Position numbers and translations under genes: made by a program. A stretch of DNA of 64,000 nucleotides from Paraspadella gotoi (Eukaryota; Animalia; Chaetognatha), in contig CM119270.1 in assembly GCA_051294375.1 (NCBI GenBank), positions 14,330,323 to 14,394,322 of the forward strand, given 5' to 3'. A model generated the notes under the pieces. The model had not been told where the DNA came from and did no database searches. It worked only from the letters and a program-made list of their open reading frames with translations. Every line of letters begins with the position of its first letter. Position 1 is the first letter of the stretch. Below are positions 1-13,476 of the stretch, piece by piece.

Positions 1-3000
1 CTAAGTTGTGACTCTTTCGTTTCTCATATAGATAGTATCAATTGGTTGGAAAACATTATCCGTGACTTAACTTCTTGAGCATCATTCATTTATATCTCAA
101 TAGGACAAGAGGATTTTGCAAACAACTAATTCACTCACCTCAATGCATGCTCCGAGCACACTCCTTCTCAAGTTCTTACGATATTGTATTTTCTCCCCAT
201 AAAATTGATCGTCCAGACAAAAAAAAAAAAAAANNNNNNNNNNNNNNNNNNNNNNNNNNNNNNNNNNNNNNNNNNNNNNNNNNNNNNNNNNNNNNNNNNN
301 NNNNNNNNNNNNNNNNNNNNNNNNNCCAATGATCCTAGGAATCTTCGTCACCCAATAACTCTCAATTCCCAACGGAATCCAGATTGTCTAACTCCCGCTG
401 ATCTCCATTCTAATTTGACCAATGACCATTGAGAAACGCTCAGCCTCATTCCGTTTCGACTTGTCCGTTTAAAATGCCCATCGCTGTCATGCGAATTCCT
501 ATTCTGTTTGTAAAGTATATATTTTAATAAGTATAATATCGTTTAGTCTTCCTGTCATAACTTATCCGGGATCAGTTCTCCTCATATGAGCTAACTCGTC
601 CGTTCGAGAAGACGGCTCGTGTTTCCTTCCACAGTTGCTCCCGAGAAGAAAAAAAAACGTCCTTTGAAAGGGGAACGAAGATCGCTGTGCAGTGGAGGGA
701 GAAACTCTTTGTCTCGACCAAAAGACGAAGCGGGGACGACACGTAAAATCAAAGGAGGGGAAGGAAGGTGGAATTTGAGAAACGGGGGGAAAAGGGGGAA
801 AAGGGGGAAAGAGGGGGGTTGAGGGATGGTGGGAAATGAGACCTCAACCCACCATTGCCTGGCCAAAGTAAGGGGAAACATTGCTTGTTAGTTTAATGAT
901 GGAATGATATTAAGTATATTGTAACAATCTCATANNNNNNNNNNNNNNNNNNNNNNNNNNNNNNNNNNNNNNNNNNNNNNNNNNNNNNNNNNNNNNNNNN
1001 NNNNNNNNNNNNNNNNNNNNNNNNNNNNNNNNNNNNNNNNNNNNNNNNNNNNNNNNNNNNNNNNNNNNNNNNNNNNNNNNNNNNNNNNNNNNNNNNNNNN
1101 NNNNNNNNNNNNNNNNNNNNNNNNNNNNNNNNNNNNNNNNNNNNNNNNNNNNNNNNNNNNNNNNNNNNNNNNNNNNNNNNNNNNNNNNNNNNNNACGACG
1201 ACGACGACGACGACAAAAATAATGATTACGATGAGAACGATGATGATGATAATGATGATGATGATGACTATTTGCCTTTCTTCGACTACCGGATCCACAG
1301 GTCGGAAAATTGGTATCCGGTCGTCCTTGACATATTTCTTTCCCAAAAGTGGATTTCCAAAAAAGAATGACGACGAAGACGACGACAATGACGATGATGA
1401 CAAAGATGACGATGATGACGGAGATGAAGTTAATTAGTGCCGACGATGATGAAGTGGCCATCACGAGAATAAACTACTCAATTTGAAAAAAACTTATTAG
1501 TTGACAATAAATTAGGTAAACCGTGTAATGTTTTTTCTCACCCGTCTTCTATTTTTTAAATTCAATTGACCTCATTCGNNNNNNNNNNNNNNNNNNNNNN
1601 NNNNNNNNNNNNNNNNNNNNNNNNNNNNNNNNNNNNNNNNNNNNNNNNNNNNNNNNNNNNNNNNNNNNNNNNNNNNNNNNNNNNNNNNNNNNNNNNNNNN
1701 NNNNNNNNNNNNNNNNNNNNNNNNNNNNNNNNNNNNNNNNNNGCTCCATGCTCCGTTCCCTCAGGGGGTAATAGGATGAAAAAATGAAAAAAAAAAGTTT
1801 CGGCAAAGTTTGAACTCGGCCCCGAAAAAAATTGTGTATCCACACAAATGAAAGTAAACAAAATAGAATAAGGAGTTTGCCGGGACAGATTAGGTGTCCG
1901 AGCCGCGAGAGAAAGAGAGAGAAAAAAAAGGAATCGTGAAATACAAAAGAATTTTAGTTAAGTTCTAGGATTTTGGAATTAAAATGTCATTTTTAAAGTT
2001 TACGAGAAGAATCGTTGAATCATTGATGTTTATAACGTACAACCTAATTAACAATTTGATTTTAAGCTAAATACTGAGACTCGGAGCGAATCTGTGAAAT
2101 GTCAAATGTCTTTGTCAATGTCAATGTCAATGTCANNNNNNNNNNNNNNNNNNNNNNNNNTAAAAAAAAAGTCGAAAGTTCCGACTATAAAATCGCCTGA
2201 GCTTTGAAAGTTTAGGCGAAAAGCTCGCAATCGGATTATTGTATTTTGTTTATTTCGACGGCAGTAAAACGAAATGTATGTATCCAGGCGCATATAGAAA
2301 CAAAGAGAGCCGAGCGAGAGAGAACGAGAGAGATGAAATTGAGAGAGAGAGGAGAGACGACGAAGAGGAGAGAGACTGAGAGAGAGAGAGATGAGAGCGA
2401 GAGAGAGAAAGAGAGAGAAACCCAAATAAGAACGGGTTAATTAAATCATAATTTGATTTTTTTTTAGTTAAATATCGTATAGAATTTAAGTTTTTAGCGA
2501 TTCAAATATGGAATTTTACACAGGACCATGTCTAAGTCAGATCACGTCTATGTGTTATAACTTGAATATTCTGTAATTTATCTGTCTGTTTGTTGATCGA
2601 GTCTCCAGTCTTTCTTTTTGTTAATACTTTCATTCTTCTTCAAGCGAAAAAAACAAAACGACGATTTTGAATAAACACAAAACTACCCACCCGCCGAATA
2701 CTTGGAAGAGTCGAGATCAGCAAAAAAGAAACGAACGCAAAGAAAAAAAAAGAAAGAAAGAAAAGATGCAAAAAAAAAAAAAAAAAATAAAAAATAACAA
2801 AACTAAAAAACGAACAACATAAAAGATACAGGAAAAACAGCTGACACGCGGTACCCAAAGAAAGAAAGAAAGAAAGAAAGGAAAGAAAGAAAGAAAGAAA
2901 AAGCAGAAGGAAAGACGAATGAAAGAAAAGAAAAGAAAGAAAAGAAAAAAAATTTTTTAAAGCCAAGATATACTTATATATTACAATCTAACTATTATAT

Positions 3001-6000
3001 TTAGTAGAATGAAGCTGTTACAAGAAATAACCAACGGTGGAAACAAACATCAACATTAACCATCACAACAACAAAACACTCGCAAAAAACGATCGACGCT
3101 GACAACCAAACAAATCTAAACCACAATAAAAAAAACAAAAACAAAAAAAACAAACATTAGCAAGCAATTACGTGAGCCGAGAGCCCCTCCGAATTTCTGA
3201 AGTTGAATCTGCAACGCGAAAATCTTGCAGAAAAAAAGTGTTTCTTAACTTTTATTATTCTAATTTGTTAGTTGATAATATAAATTGCTGCGATATTAAT
3301 TTCTAAAAAATAGGGAAAGACTTAAACATTCAGCTCAATAAAAAGTAATGAATGTCCACTTACAGATCTCCCACTCTTCTTTTTCTCGAAGATTCGAGAG
3401 TAAAACCTTTCTCGATTCCACTGCTTCTTCGCCCACTCGGCGATTGCTTTTATTTTTTTTTTCTGTTTTATGATTCAGTACCTTTCTTTGGTCCTGTTAG
3501 CGATTGAGACCGTCCGATTACCTTTATTTATAATTAATATTTCTTAATACGGACCGAGTAGCCATTCCGAGTATGTAGGCTGTTACAGTTCTGATGCCTT
3601 CCCTTCCGCCTCGCACCTTTCTTTTTTTTCTCTTCTCTTTACTCCTTTCATATTACTTCTCTTTCCTTCATATACATTCCTAAACAAACGCCCCTCGGCT
3701 CATTTCCTCTTTCCTCCCTCTCTTCTCATTCTTACCCTCTCGTCCACTCTTTAATACTGCTCTCCTTCTCTCCCTCCCTCCCACTTTTTCTTCTTCCATC
3801 GTCCCCAAACTCGCATCTCGACTCTTTCCTCTCTCTCCCTTCCCCCTTCCTCCCTCGTTATCTCCCAACCTCGTCTTCCCTCCTCTCTCCTCGCTCCCTC
3901 TCTCTCCGACGCGCGCCTACCCTCTGATGTCGACAAACACGTGACGCAACACAAAACAAAAACAAACACAAAAACACGAGCAGATGCGCCTTCATCGCAC
4001 AAAACAAAGCCGCGGCAGGCGACAGCCACACCACGGTGGAGATCTTCACCAAAGGAAGAAGTTCTTGAGGAAAGAAGGAAATTGAAGATAAAAAGAAGAA
4101 AGAAGCAAGTTAAGAAAGAAATAAAGAAAGAAAGAAAAGAAAAAAAAGAATGAAAGACAGAAAGTAAATGAAAAAAAAGAATATAAAAAATATACTCTTT
4201 ACTTCCCCTCTCTCTTACTCACTCTCTCTCTCTCTCTCTCCTTCGCTCCCCCCCCCCCCCCTCGAGAGGGCCGCGTTCCATTCGTCTGTCGCTTTGTTGT
4301 CTTCGGATGCGTTCGCTCCGCTTTTTATTTGTTCGATGATACACAACAACATTAGCCAACAACTCCACAAACAACATACGAACCGAACGACGACGACGTC
4401 TCCCAATCCACTTTCATTTCACTTCATCGGCCTCTCTCAGTCCATCCGCCGTTTTTTTTTTCTCGCTGATAAAACCCCGAAAAAAGTAACAAACTTGGGA
4501 CAAACCAAATGGTAACGAACGCGTTTTTAAACATTTATTTGCAAATCACGTGATTCGTTTACTGTCTCTTCAGAAACTCAACGGATTTATTTACTCCTCT
4601 TGGATACCACCTGTACAGGCTGTTGTGACATTATTCTCTGCCCTCTTACCTTTATTTCTTCTTTCGTTCAAAAAGTAACAACAAACGCCGAATGTTAAAC
4701 TCATTTATAAAGTTGTGATTTTTTTTCTCTTCTATTTTTACAGCCAAAGAAACAAATGGGCCCCAGGGCACGCATTTGCTATCGGAATTGCTTTGACCCC
4801 GTCCACAATCATTCATTGAGTAGAACAACTTTGCAACCGATCCGCACGCGTACCAACTGGTCCCATCCAAAGTTTTTTTTCCGATGCGCTTCTGGTCAGT
4901 TTTGAGACCATACCTTATTATATTGTGGTCCTGATACTATGATTTAGTGTGGTTTACTCATAGTACAAAAATGGCTTTTCTTACTTATAATATTATACTT
5001 AAGAATACGTCACAACTATTCACGACTAAAACGGACATGTACGTTTACCATCTTTCAGGAGTTCGTTTTTCACTCAAGACAGAAATCCTTTAGATATTGA
5101 TTTTTCATTGATCATTCTTACGAATGAAAATCGCTGCGCTTAACGACTCAAGAGAGAAATCAACTCTAGACGAGCGAAATGCTGAAAAAAATTAAATGAA
5201 TCCAACTCAACTAGTTGTGTTTCCCGCCGATATCGACTTATTTTTTTAATAAATTTTTTCGCGTACTATTTCATATAATGCATTTTTGTTCGAGGATAAA
5301 TACTAATCATTCTTTGCAGAATGTTTGTCAAGTCAAAACTTCTAAAGAATATTTTTGACCGAATTTTAGGACTAGATTATTTGAAAAAAAAAATTTTTTG
5401 ATCAATTTTTACTTTTTCAAGAACTAATTTTTTTCTTCGGGAGTGGGTGAGGCAGTGACGATAGCGGAGGCAATACAATAAAAGACAACATTCTTATTTA
5501 AGTAAATCGATATATATTAATAGGTATATGTAATGGTAGGTGCTCATTATTTGCTAAAATTATGTTCACAAAACAAATAAGAATGTTATACAAATGTTAC
5601 ACATCCTATAAAAACTTTCTGAAAGTAAATTCTTCCGACATGTCGACTCACCGTAAAATGTTTAATGCGGATGCCACAGATTATGTCAATTTTTGTAAAT
5701 TCCTAAACAATTCAAAATATTTACCTCATCTGAGAAATAAAAATTATAAAATAGTATGAAACCTTAATTCAGAGACTGTGGAAGTACGCTCCTCCTATCA
5801 AACTGCTCTGTGAAATTCATATTAATGTTTATGTGAAATAAACAAAATGTGATTTATATGCTCGTCGTAGCCTGAACAAGACGAGGATGCGATTCATGTT
5901 TAACCCTTCGACCTTAAAAAAGCTAGTAGTATTAACTACTTATTTTTTTATAAAACATGGCTTGTACTCGTCTTCAGGATGCGTATTTCGATGTATATTT

Positions 6001-6160
6001 TCTGTGTCTGCATTTGTCGCAAAAAAATTCAGCGTACGTAATTCGTTCCTCATCGGTGTCTTGGCCAATTATCTTTCTCAGCGCGCTCTTGTCTTTTTTC
6101 TTCTCGTTAGCCTTGTCGTCACACAAGTCCTCCTCCTCTTAATGGAAACCGGTTACCTCT

Positions 6161-6236
<76 letters not shown>

Positions 6237-6590
6237 TCTCTCTCTCTCTCTTCATCCCCCCACCTCGCTCGAAACAAAAAAAACCGGTACCCTAACTCGG
6301 CTTCCACCATTCTTGTTTACCTTTATTCGAGAGATGCCAGTTCCTTTATTTTATGGTGTGTTGTTTATATTTGAGCCAGTCCTGCTTTGTTTTGACGATG
6401 GCGAGAGGGGCAATGTTTTGATTATATTTCTAGCATGCTTATTTTGTGCCGCGGACGTAAAGAGTGAGAGAGAGAGAGAGAGAGAAGAGAAGGAGAGAGA
6501 GAGAGAGAGAGAGAGAAGAGGAGAGGAGAGAGAGAGAGAGAAGAGAAGAGAGAAGAGGGGGGGAAGTGAGAGAGGAAATGAAAAAGAGAA

Positions 6591-6630
<40 letters not shown>

Positions 6631-6819
6631 CCGTTAGAAACAGACAGACAGATGCAACAAGACAGATGGAAAAAACTATGATGACGACCGAGATCTTAGT
6701 GATGATGATGACGATGATGACGATGATGACGATGATGACGAGTCATGAAAGAATAAAAAGCGGAATCATTCATTATTTGGTCTCTCGGTCGCAATAGACG
6801 ACCTCGTAGTCAGAAGTGA

Positions 6820-6879
6820 AGATGGAGAATGTGATGGAGAATGTGATGGAGAGTGTTATGGAGAATGTGATGGAGAATG
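6820..6879. repeat. 12-bp tandem repeat (GATGGAGAATGT), about 5 units
   Basis: gatggagaatgtgatggagaatgtgatggagagtgttatggagaatgtgatggagaatg read directly. Confidence 0.85.
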
Positions 6880-6966
6880 GGGCGAGAGTCTCTTCATCAA
6901 ACAAGGGTAACCCGCTTTCAATCGCGTTTACAAAGACTTACAGAAGGCTTCACATTTTAAATGATA

Positions 6967-7286
6967 TCGGGCTTTTTGCTGACCAGACATGGTTCTGAGT
7001 AGGCGACCCGACCAAATTTGTTGAAATTTGATATATGCGCGATTCCTATGGGAACACAAATAGAAACATAGAAGCAAATTTCAATATTTGACTCCTGAGC
7101 CGAGGTATAGGCCCCCTAGGCCCAAAAGTCGTCAAGGGCTCTGTATCTCCTCCCGGGGCAGGGGTTTAATATAAAAATACGTCTCAATAGTTATATTTAT
7201 TTAGTCATTAGGACTCTTCGTATAAAATGTCATAGAATTCCATCAGATAGTTTGGTGGGAACTGTGTTTGGTCAGAAAAAACCTGA
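6967..7286. mobile_element. MITE (non-autonomous DNA transposon, Tc1/mariner-like by TA flanks), 320 bp
   Basis: Imperfect ~29-bp terminal inverted repeats: left tcgggctttttgctgaccagacatggttc versus reverse complement of right end tcaggttttttctgaccaaacacagttc. TA flanks both sides (6965-6966, 7287-7288). The interior is non-coding. Confidence 0.65.
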
Positions 7287-7563
7287 TATAATTTATGATA
7301 TGAAAACTTTTGCATTTGTTATCAGTTTCTGATAATATCATTGAAGTCTAATTCATTAATCCATTAGGTTCAATTCGAACCGTTTTCATTCGGCCAATTT
7401 TTCGAATCCGTTCGGCGTCAATTAAAGTTCATCCAATTTTGGAATCATTAACTTTTTTTTTTTTTTCTTATTTTTGGGGGGTTTTGTGTTTTTAGTTTTA
7501 ATTCGTGTTGTTTTTTGAAGCTTTGTTTTAAAGAGAGAGAGAGAGAGAGAGAGAGAGATGAGA

Positions 7564-7596
<33 letters not shown>

Positions 7597-7721
7597 GATA
7601 AAAAGTGAAAGCCCGACGATCGAGTTTCAAAGTGTAGATGGGTGTGGGATCAAAATAATTCCACTGCATCCCTCACTGGGGGCTGTTTATCCTGGTGGAG
7701 TGAAAAAAAAGAAGAAAAAAA

Positions 7722-7764
<43 letters not shown>

Positions 7765-8936
7765 AGAAAGAGAGGGAGATAGATAGAGAGTGCCAGTGGA
7801 CAAAGCGCTGTTCTTATTTTACCTTTTTAACTTTTTACTTATAAGAAGTACCAACATTAAAATTTACTAATAGTTATTAAATCTTAAAACCGATATATAA
7901 ATTTTAATTATAAATGCAGAGAATTAAAAACCGAAAATCAAGTCAAAAGAAGAAAAGAAAAGAAAGGAAAAAAATTTGCATCGAAGGAAAATAATAAACA
8001 AAACTTTTTTTTTCCCGCGATTTTAGCCTAAAAAAAGTTGAGTGTCCACGTCATCTCTAACATTGACTCGACCCCGCGGGCCTCAAAAGTCTCAAGCCGC
8101 AAAAATTAGAAATTAACGCCTAGATTAGTCTCTTCATATAATAATTTGTGCGTGAAAAATATCATATTTATATTTATTACATTATTATAATAGTTATTAT
8201 TATTATCATTATTTTTTTATTGTTATAATTATTATTTATTAATTTTATTGTTAATATATATCTACATACGAGATTAATAGCTTATCTAATTTTGTTTGTG
8301 GTGGTTCAAGAACTTCAAAAGTAAGTGACGATCTTTTACGGATAAAGTAACAAAAGTGTCTCGTCAAGGTCTTCACAATCAAGTTGCCACTTAAAAGTGT
8401 CAAAGTTAAAAACGTCTATTTCAAATTTCTTTCGTTTCGTCTGTACATCTAAAACACACAATAAACTTTCTCTCTTCTCTACTTGTGTTTTCTTCATTTA
8501 TTTTTTCACTCTGTTTTTTTCTCCATTCTCTTAATGCGGATTCAAAAAATCGGCCCAAGAACATGAACCTTTTATAAAAGTTTATGTAAACAATTTTTGG
8601 CGGTTCGACCCCTCCAGCGCAACAACAATAATCGTAGAAAGATGCCTTAATCTTGACAGGGCTATGAGATGCTTTTCTCNNNNNNNNNNNNNNNNNNNNN
8701 NNNNNNNNNNNNNNNNNNNNNNNNNNNNNNNNNNNNNNNNNNNNNNNNNNNNNNNNNNNNNNNNNNNNNNNNNNNNNNNNNNNNNNNNNNNNNNNNNNNN
8801 NNNNNNNNNNNNNNNNNNNNNNNNNNNNNNNNNNNNNNNNNNNNNNNNNNNNNNNNNNNNNNNNNNNNNNNNNNNNNNNNNNNNNNNNNNNNNGCGTGTT
8901 CTCCTCCTCTCTGTTTCCTCTCTCTCTCTCTCTCCT

Positions 8937-8979
<43 letters not shown>

Positions 8980-11307
8980 TTCTCAAAGAGAAGGAAAAAA
9001 GAGAGAAAAAGAAAGCTGATCCGTAAAAGTAAATGAAGAGGATTTTATCTTAAGCTGGTGATAGTTGGGGCAAACAAAGCGACAGAAATAAAAGAAAAAA
9101 CAAAAAAAGTAAAAAGTAAAAGACATAAACTAAACATAAACAAACGGGAAAAACCGTAAAAAAACAAAATATTTCTGCCTTATGTTTAATCTCAATTTCA
9201 AAAACCCTCATTTTAATACCGCGAATTGTTACATCGTACTTTTTGGTATACCAATTCGTAATATTTTCCCTTAAAAATTAAGTCGTAATTCGTAAATATT
9301 TTTGTACTCAACAATAGTAATATGAACTATCTCTCTCTCTCTCNNNNNNNNNNNNNNNNNNNNNNNNNNNNNNNNNNNNNNNNNNNNNNNNNNNNNNNNN
9401 NNNNNNNNNNNNNNNNNNNNNNNNNNNNNNNNNNNNNNNNNNNNNNNNNNNNNNNNNNNNNNNNNNNNNNNNNNNNNNNNNNNNNNNNNNNNNNNNNNNN
9501 NNNNNNNNNNNNNNNNNNNNNNNNNNNNAACTTTCCCAAATTTTCCGCTTGTTTACATACGAACCGTAAAATAATCAATGTAACAGAAAAAGAGGGTGTG
9601 TGTTATGAAATCTGTCAAACTTGGATATTCTGTTGTTTATGAAACAATAAAACATGAGAGAAAGCGGGAGAGAGAAAGAGAGNNNNNNNNNNNNNNNNNN
9701 NNNNNNNNNNNNNNNNNNNNNNNNNNNNNNNNNNNNNNNNNNNNNNNNNNNNNNNNNNNNNNNNNNNNNNNNNNNNNNNNNNNNNNNNNNNNNNNNNNNN
9801 NNNNNNNNNNNNNNNNNNNNNNNNNNNNNNNNNNNNNNNNNNNNNNNNNNNNNNNNNNNNNNNNNNNNNNNNNNNNNNNNNNNNNNNNNNNNNNNNCTCT
9901 CTCTCTCTCTCTCTCTCTCTCTGCCCTTTGTTTTTTTTGTTTTCGTTTTTCTCTCGTCCGCAACGACTGTAAACATTTCGTGTTTTCGATTTACAACAGG
10001 AAAAAAAAAAGACTTAAAAAAAGAAAAAGAAAATTAAAAAAAGGGAAAGGAAAAAAGTAAATTCGGATATAATCAATTTGTAAACAAAAACTTTTTATCG
10101 CGACTCAGAGTCATAAGTCGAGAGCCGCGCTTTCGGATCGAGACGGCACGGTGTGTCTCCGCGGAATTAGGCTGGGTTGGCTCACTGCGCGAATCGACGA
10201 AAGTCGTNNNNNNNNNNNNNNNNNNNNNNNNNNNNNNNNNNNNNNNNNNNNNNNNNNNNNNNNNNNNNNNNNNNNNNNNNNNNNNNNNNNNNNNNNNNNN
10301 NNNNNNNNNNNNNNNNNNNNNNNNNNNNNNNNNNNNNNNNNNNNNNNNNNNNNNNNNNNNNNNNNNNNNNNNNNNNNNNNNNNNNNNNNNNNNNNNNNNN
10401 NNNNNNNNNNNNNNNNNNNNNNNNNNNNNNNNNNNNNNNNNNNNNNNNNNNNNNNNNNNNNNNNNNNNNNAAAAAAAAGTTTGCGAAAATAAAATCTTGA
10501 GAAAAAAAAATGTTTACCGTCCGTTAAATTTCTATTTCGCGATCAGAAAAAAGAAAAATGATTTCAAACGGAGGATAAAATACAGAGTGCTCCATGAGAA
10601 AAACTATTCGACGCTACAGGGTATTGTCTATTCAATGACAACCGCGAAACAATCGTAATAAGTAGAAGGGAAGGGACGTTAGAAGTGAAAAAAATTAGGA
10701 AGTCTATTTCAATTGATAACATTAACAACAACGACCACTACCACTCAGCACAACAACAACAACAACGACAACAAGAACAACAACAACAACGACGACGACG
10801 ACGACGACTACAACCATTGAGCACAAGAAAGCTAAAACCACGAAAGTTAAAACCACAACCAGAATCGTTTCTCTTCGTTGTGCTACGGAAACGAGGCTCC
10901 CAACCTTTTTTTTCTTTCCACCAAATTTTTTGTTTCTCTTTTGTTTTTGTTTTGTTTTGTTTTGTTTACTCTTGAAGATCAAGCCCGGTTTCGAGTTCGA
11001 GACGCCCACGACGATGACGATGACGACGACGACGACGTCAAGACGTCGATCACCAACTGCGTCAAACTGTGAAGTCAGTCAATGATTCATTGTCGTTGTC
11101 TTAGCGAGAACTCAAGCGGAATTCCGCAACAGCGCTCATCTCATTCACAATTGATCTTCCGCGCTCGCAAGAAAAGAACGCCGAGATGCGCGGTTTGTTT
11201 GTCCTTTCAATTCGCATTTAGTCTCCTTTTTTTTTTCTGTTAAAAAGCTTCTATTTGTACTTTTTCTCCCAATGCTCTCTCTCTTCTCTCTCCTCTCGTC
11301 TCTCTCA

Positions 11308-11355
<48 letters not shown>

Positions 11356-11836
11356 ATTTGGTCATGCCTTCTCCTCTCTCTTTCTCATCCAAACCTCACA
11401 ATCTCCCTTCACCCCATAACGTCCGCCTCCCTGCTTCTTTCCCACCCCCCACCTCCACCTCCGCCCACTCCTCTGCTTTTTATATTGTTAATAATTTTTC
11501 CCGCTAGCGTTTTTGCCAAATTTTTTTGCCACACCCGAACCACACGGCGTTGCCTCTTCCCCGTCACTTACTCAGCCCTCACCCCCTTTTACATTTTTTT
11601 TTTTTAAATTCTCGGCGATCTACTGTTTGTTCCCTATTTGTTTCTGCTTTTTACTTTCTTTTTTTTCTCTTTATTTTCTTTCTATTTTTTTTCTCTCTTC
11701 AGTTTCTTTTCTGTTCGTCGCAACAAAAAAAAATTAATAAAAAAAAGAAAAACATCTGCCTGCAATAATAAGCGGGAAAGCGAAACAGCGCTCCCTGCTT
11801 ACCGCGGCAACGTTAACGTCTATCTCTCTCTTTGCA

Positions 11837-11878
<42 letters not shown>

Positions 11879-13476
11879 TCGCGGCGTGCTCTCGTCTCTT
11901 TCTCTCATACATTTGTTATCGATTGTTGTTTTTCTTTTTTCGGCTGGCTTTACCTTTTGTTTATAAACAAAAGGCGGATTCCAAGGACGAGGGAAGATTG
12001 AAAATTATCATCCGGGTATATACTACGGCGCCTTTAAAAGCCCAGCGCTGAGAAGAAAGGAAGATTCCATCACGAAACGCTTTGGTCAAACATACAACTA
12101 AATTGTTATTTCCTTGTAGCGCAATCGATAAACGAAACTGTTGCTTATTTCTTTACTTAAGACAGGAGGAGAGAGAGAGCGAGGGACAGAAAATATTTTA
12201 AAAAGGATAAAGGAGTTTGGGATAACATAGACTAACATTTAATGTTCAGCGGACAACTGACAATATATTAAAAGTATAAAGCTAAGAAAAATGGGGAATT
12301 AAAAAAGGAAAAGGTGAGTTAAGATTTTTCGTTGATATACTAGAACTAGGAGATATCTGGGAAGATCAATGTAGAGTGAAAGTGAGATGAGCGGACCTGT
12401 TGCGGGAGAATTCCCTTGAAGTTACTGCGCACTAAGGGACAACACGACAGAGGTGAATCAGATTGAACTGAACATCACAGTTTGACGCACTGCGTTAGAG
12501 GCTGAGGTCGAGACGTCTTGACGTCGCTGACGTATTGCGTCCGGTCATCGTCATCGTATTCGTGCGGGAGCGTACTGTTCGAGGCGAAAAACCGTAATCG
12601 ACACCATCGCGGCTTGGATCTTGCGTAAGATAGGGTACAAACAAAACAAAACAAAAAGACGAAACAAAAACTACTAAAGATGAAACAGAGTAAAGAGAAT
12701 ATTGGAGAAAAACGTTATTCTCCCCTTGAATAAAAGAGTGGAAACAGAAGAAAATATTACAGAAGATTTGGAGACCTTCGTTCCTCTTATGCCACAACGA
12801 AAGAGAAACGATTTTCTCTTTTTTGTATGTCGTGGTTCTGCGCTCTCTCTATCTATCGGTTCGCTCCTTTAGGTTTTAGCGTTTCTTGTGTTTCTAAAAT
12901 TTGATGGTTATAGTACGATCGTACAAGAGTCGTCGGTTGTTGTTGTATGTCTCCCGCTTGTGTTATGTGGATCATCGGGTGTAAGGTTGGTTGGTTGTTC
13001 GTCCGCTGGTTAGAATGTACAGATCGATAGCGTGAGGATGTAGGGTGGGTCGGGAGTCGGGATTGTTTGATTCATGTTAATCACTCGTGGAGAGAAATAT
13101 AGGATCTTGAGAATAATCGTATATCGTATTTACATATAACTAGTAAAAATGCGTCTAACGTTCGAACTTCCTCTATGTATGTCTCAATCTTGGAAATCTG
13201 TAACCAATGATAGTTCATGAGCAGAGAGAAAGAGAGATGAGAGTTGTACATTGGAGAAAGTTAGGAGACCAAGAACCCGAGATGTGAGTAAGCAGGGATT
13301 CGCAAATGTTTCTTCATGCGACGCACTCTGGAGAGAGGAGAGAGGATGGAGGTAATGGATTTATCGTCCGACTGGTATGAAGAGATGACGGATTTAGATG
13401 AGGATCGAGAGAGAGATGAGAACCGTCTGCTCTCTCAAGACTCTATCCTCTNNNNNNNNNNNNNNNNNNNNNNNNN

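Noticed and set aside
4735-4905. Plus-strand acceptor (ttctatttttacag) followed by complex sequence
   Set aside because: All three frames hit stops or give no recognisable protein, and there is no clear donor.
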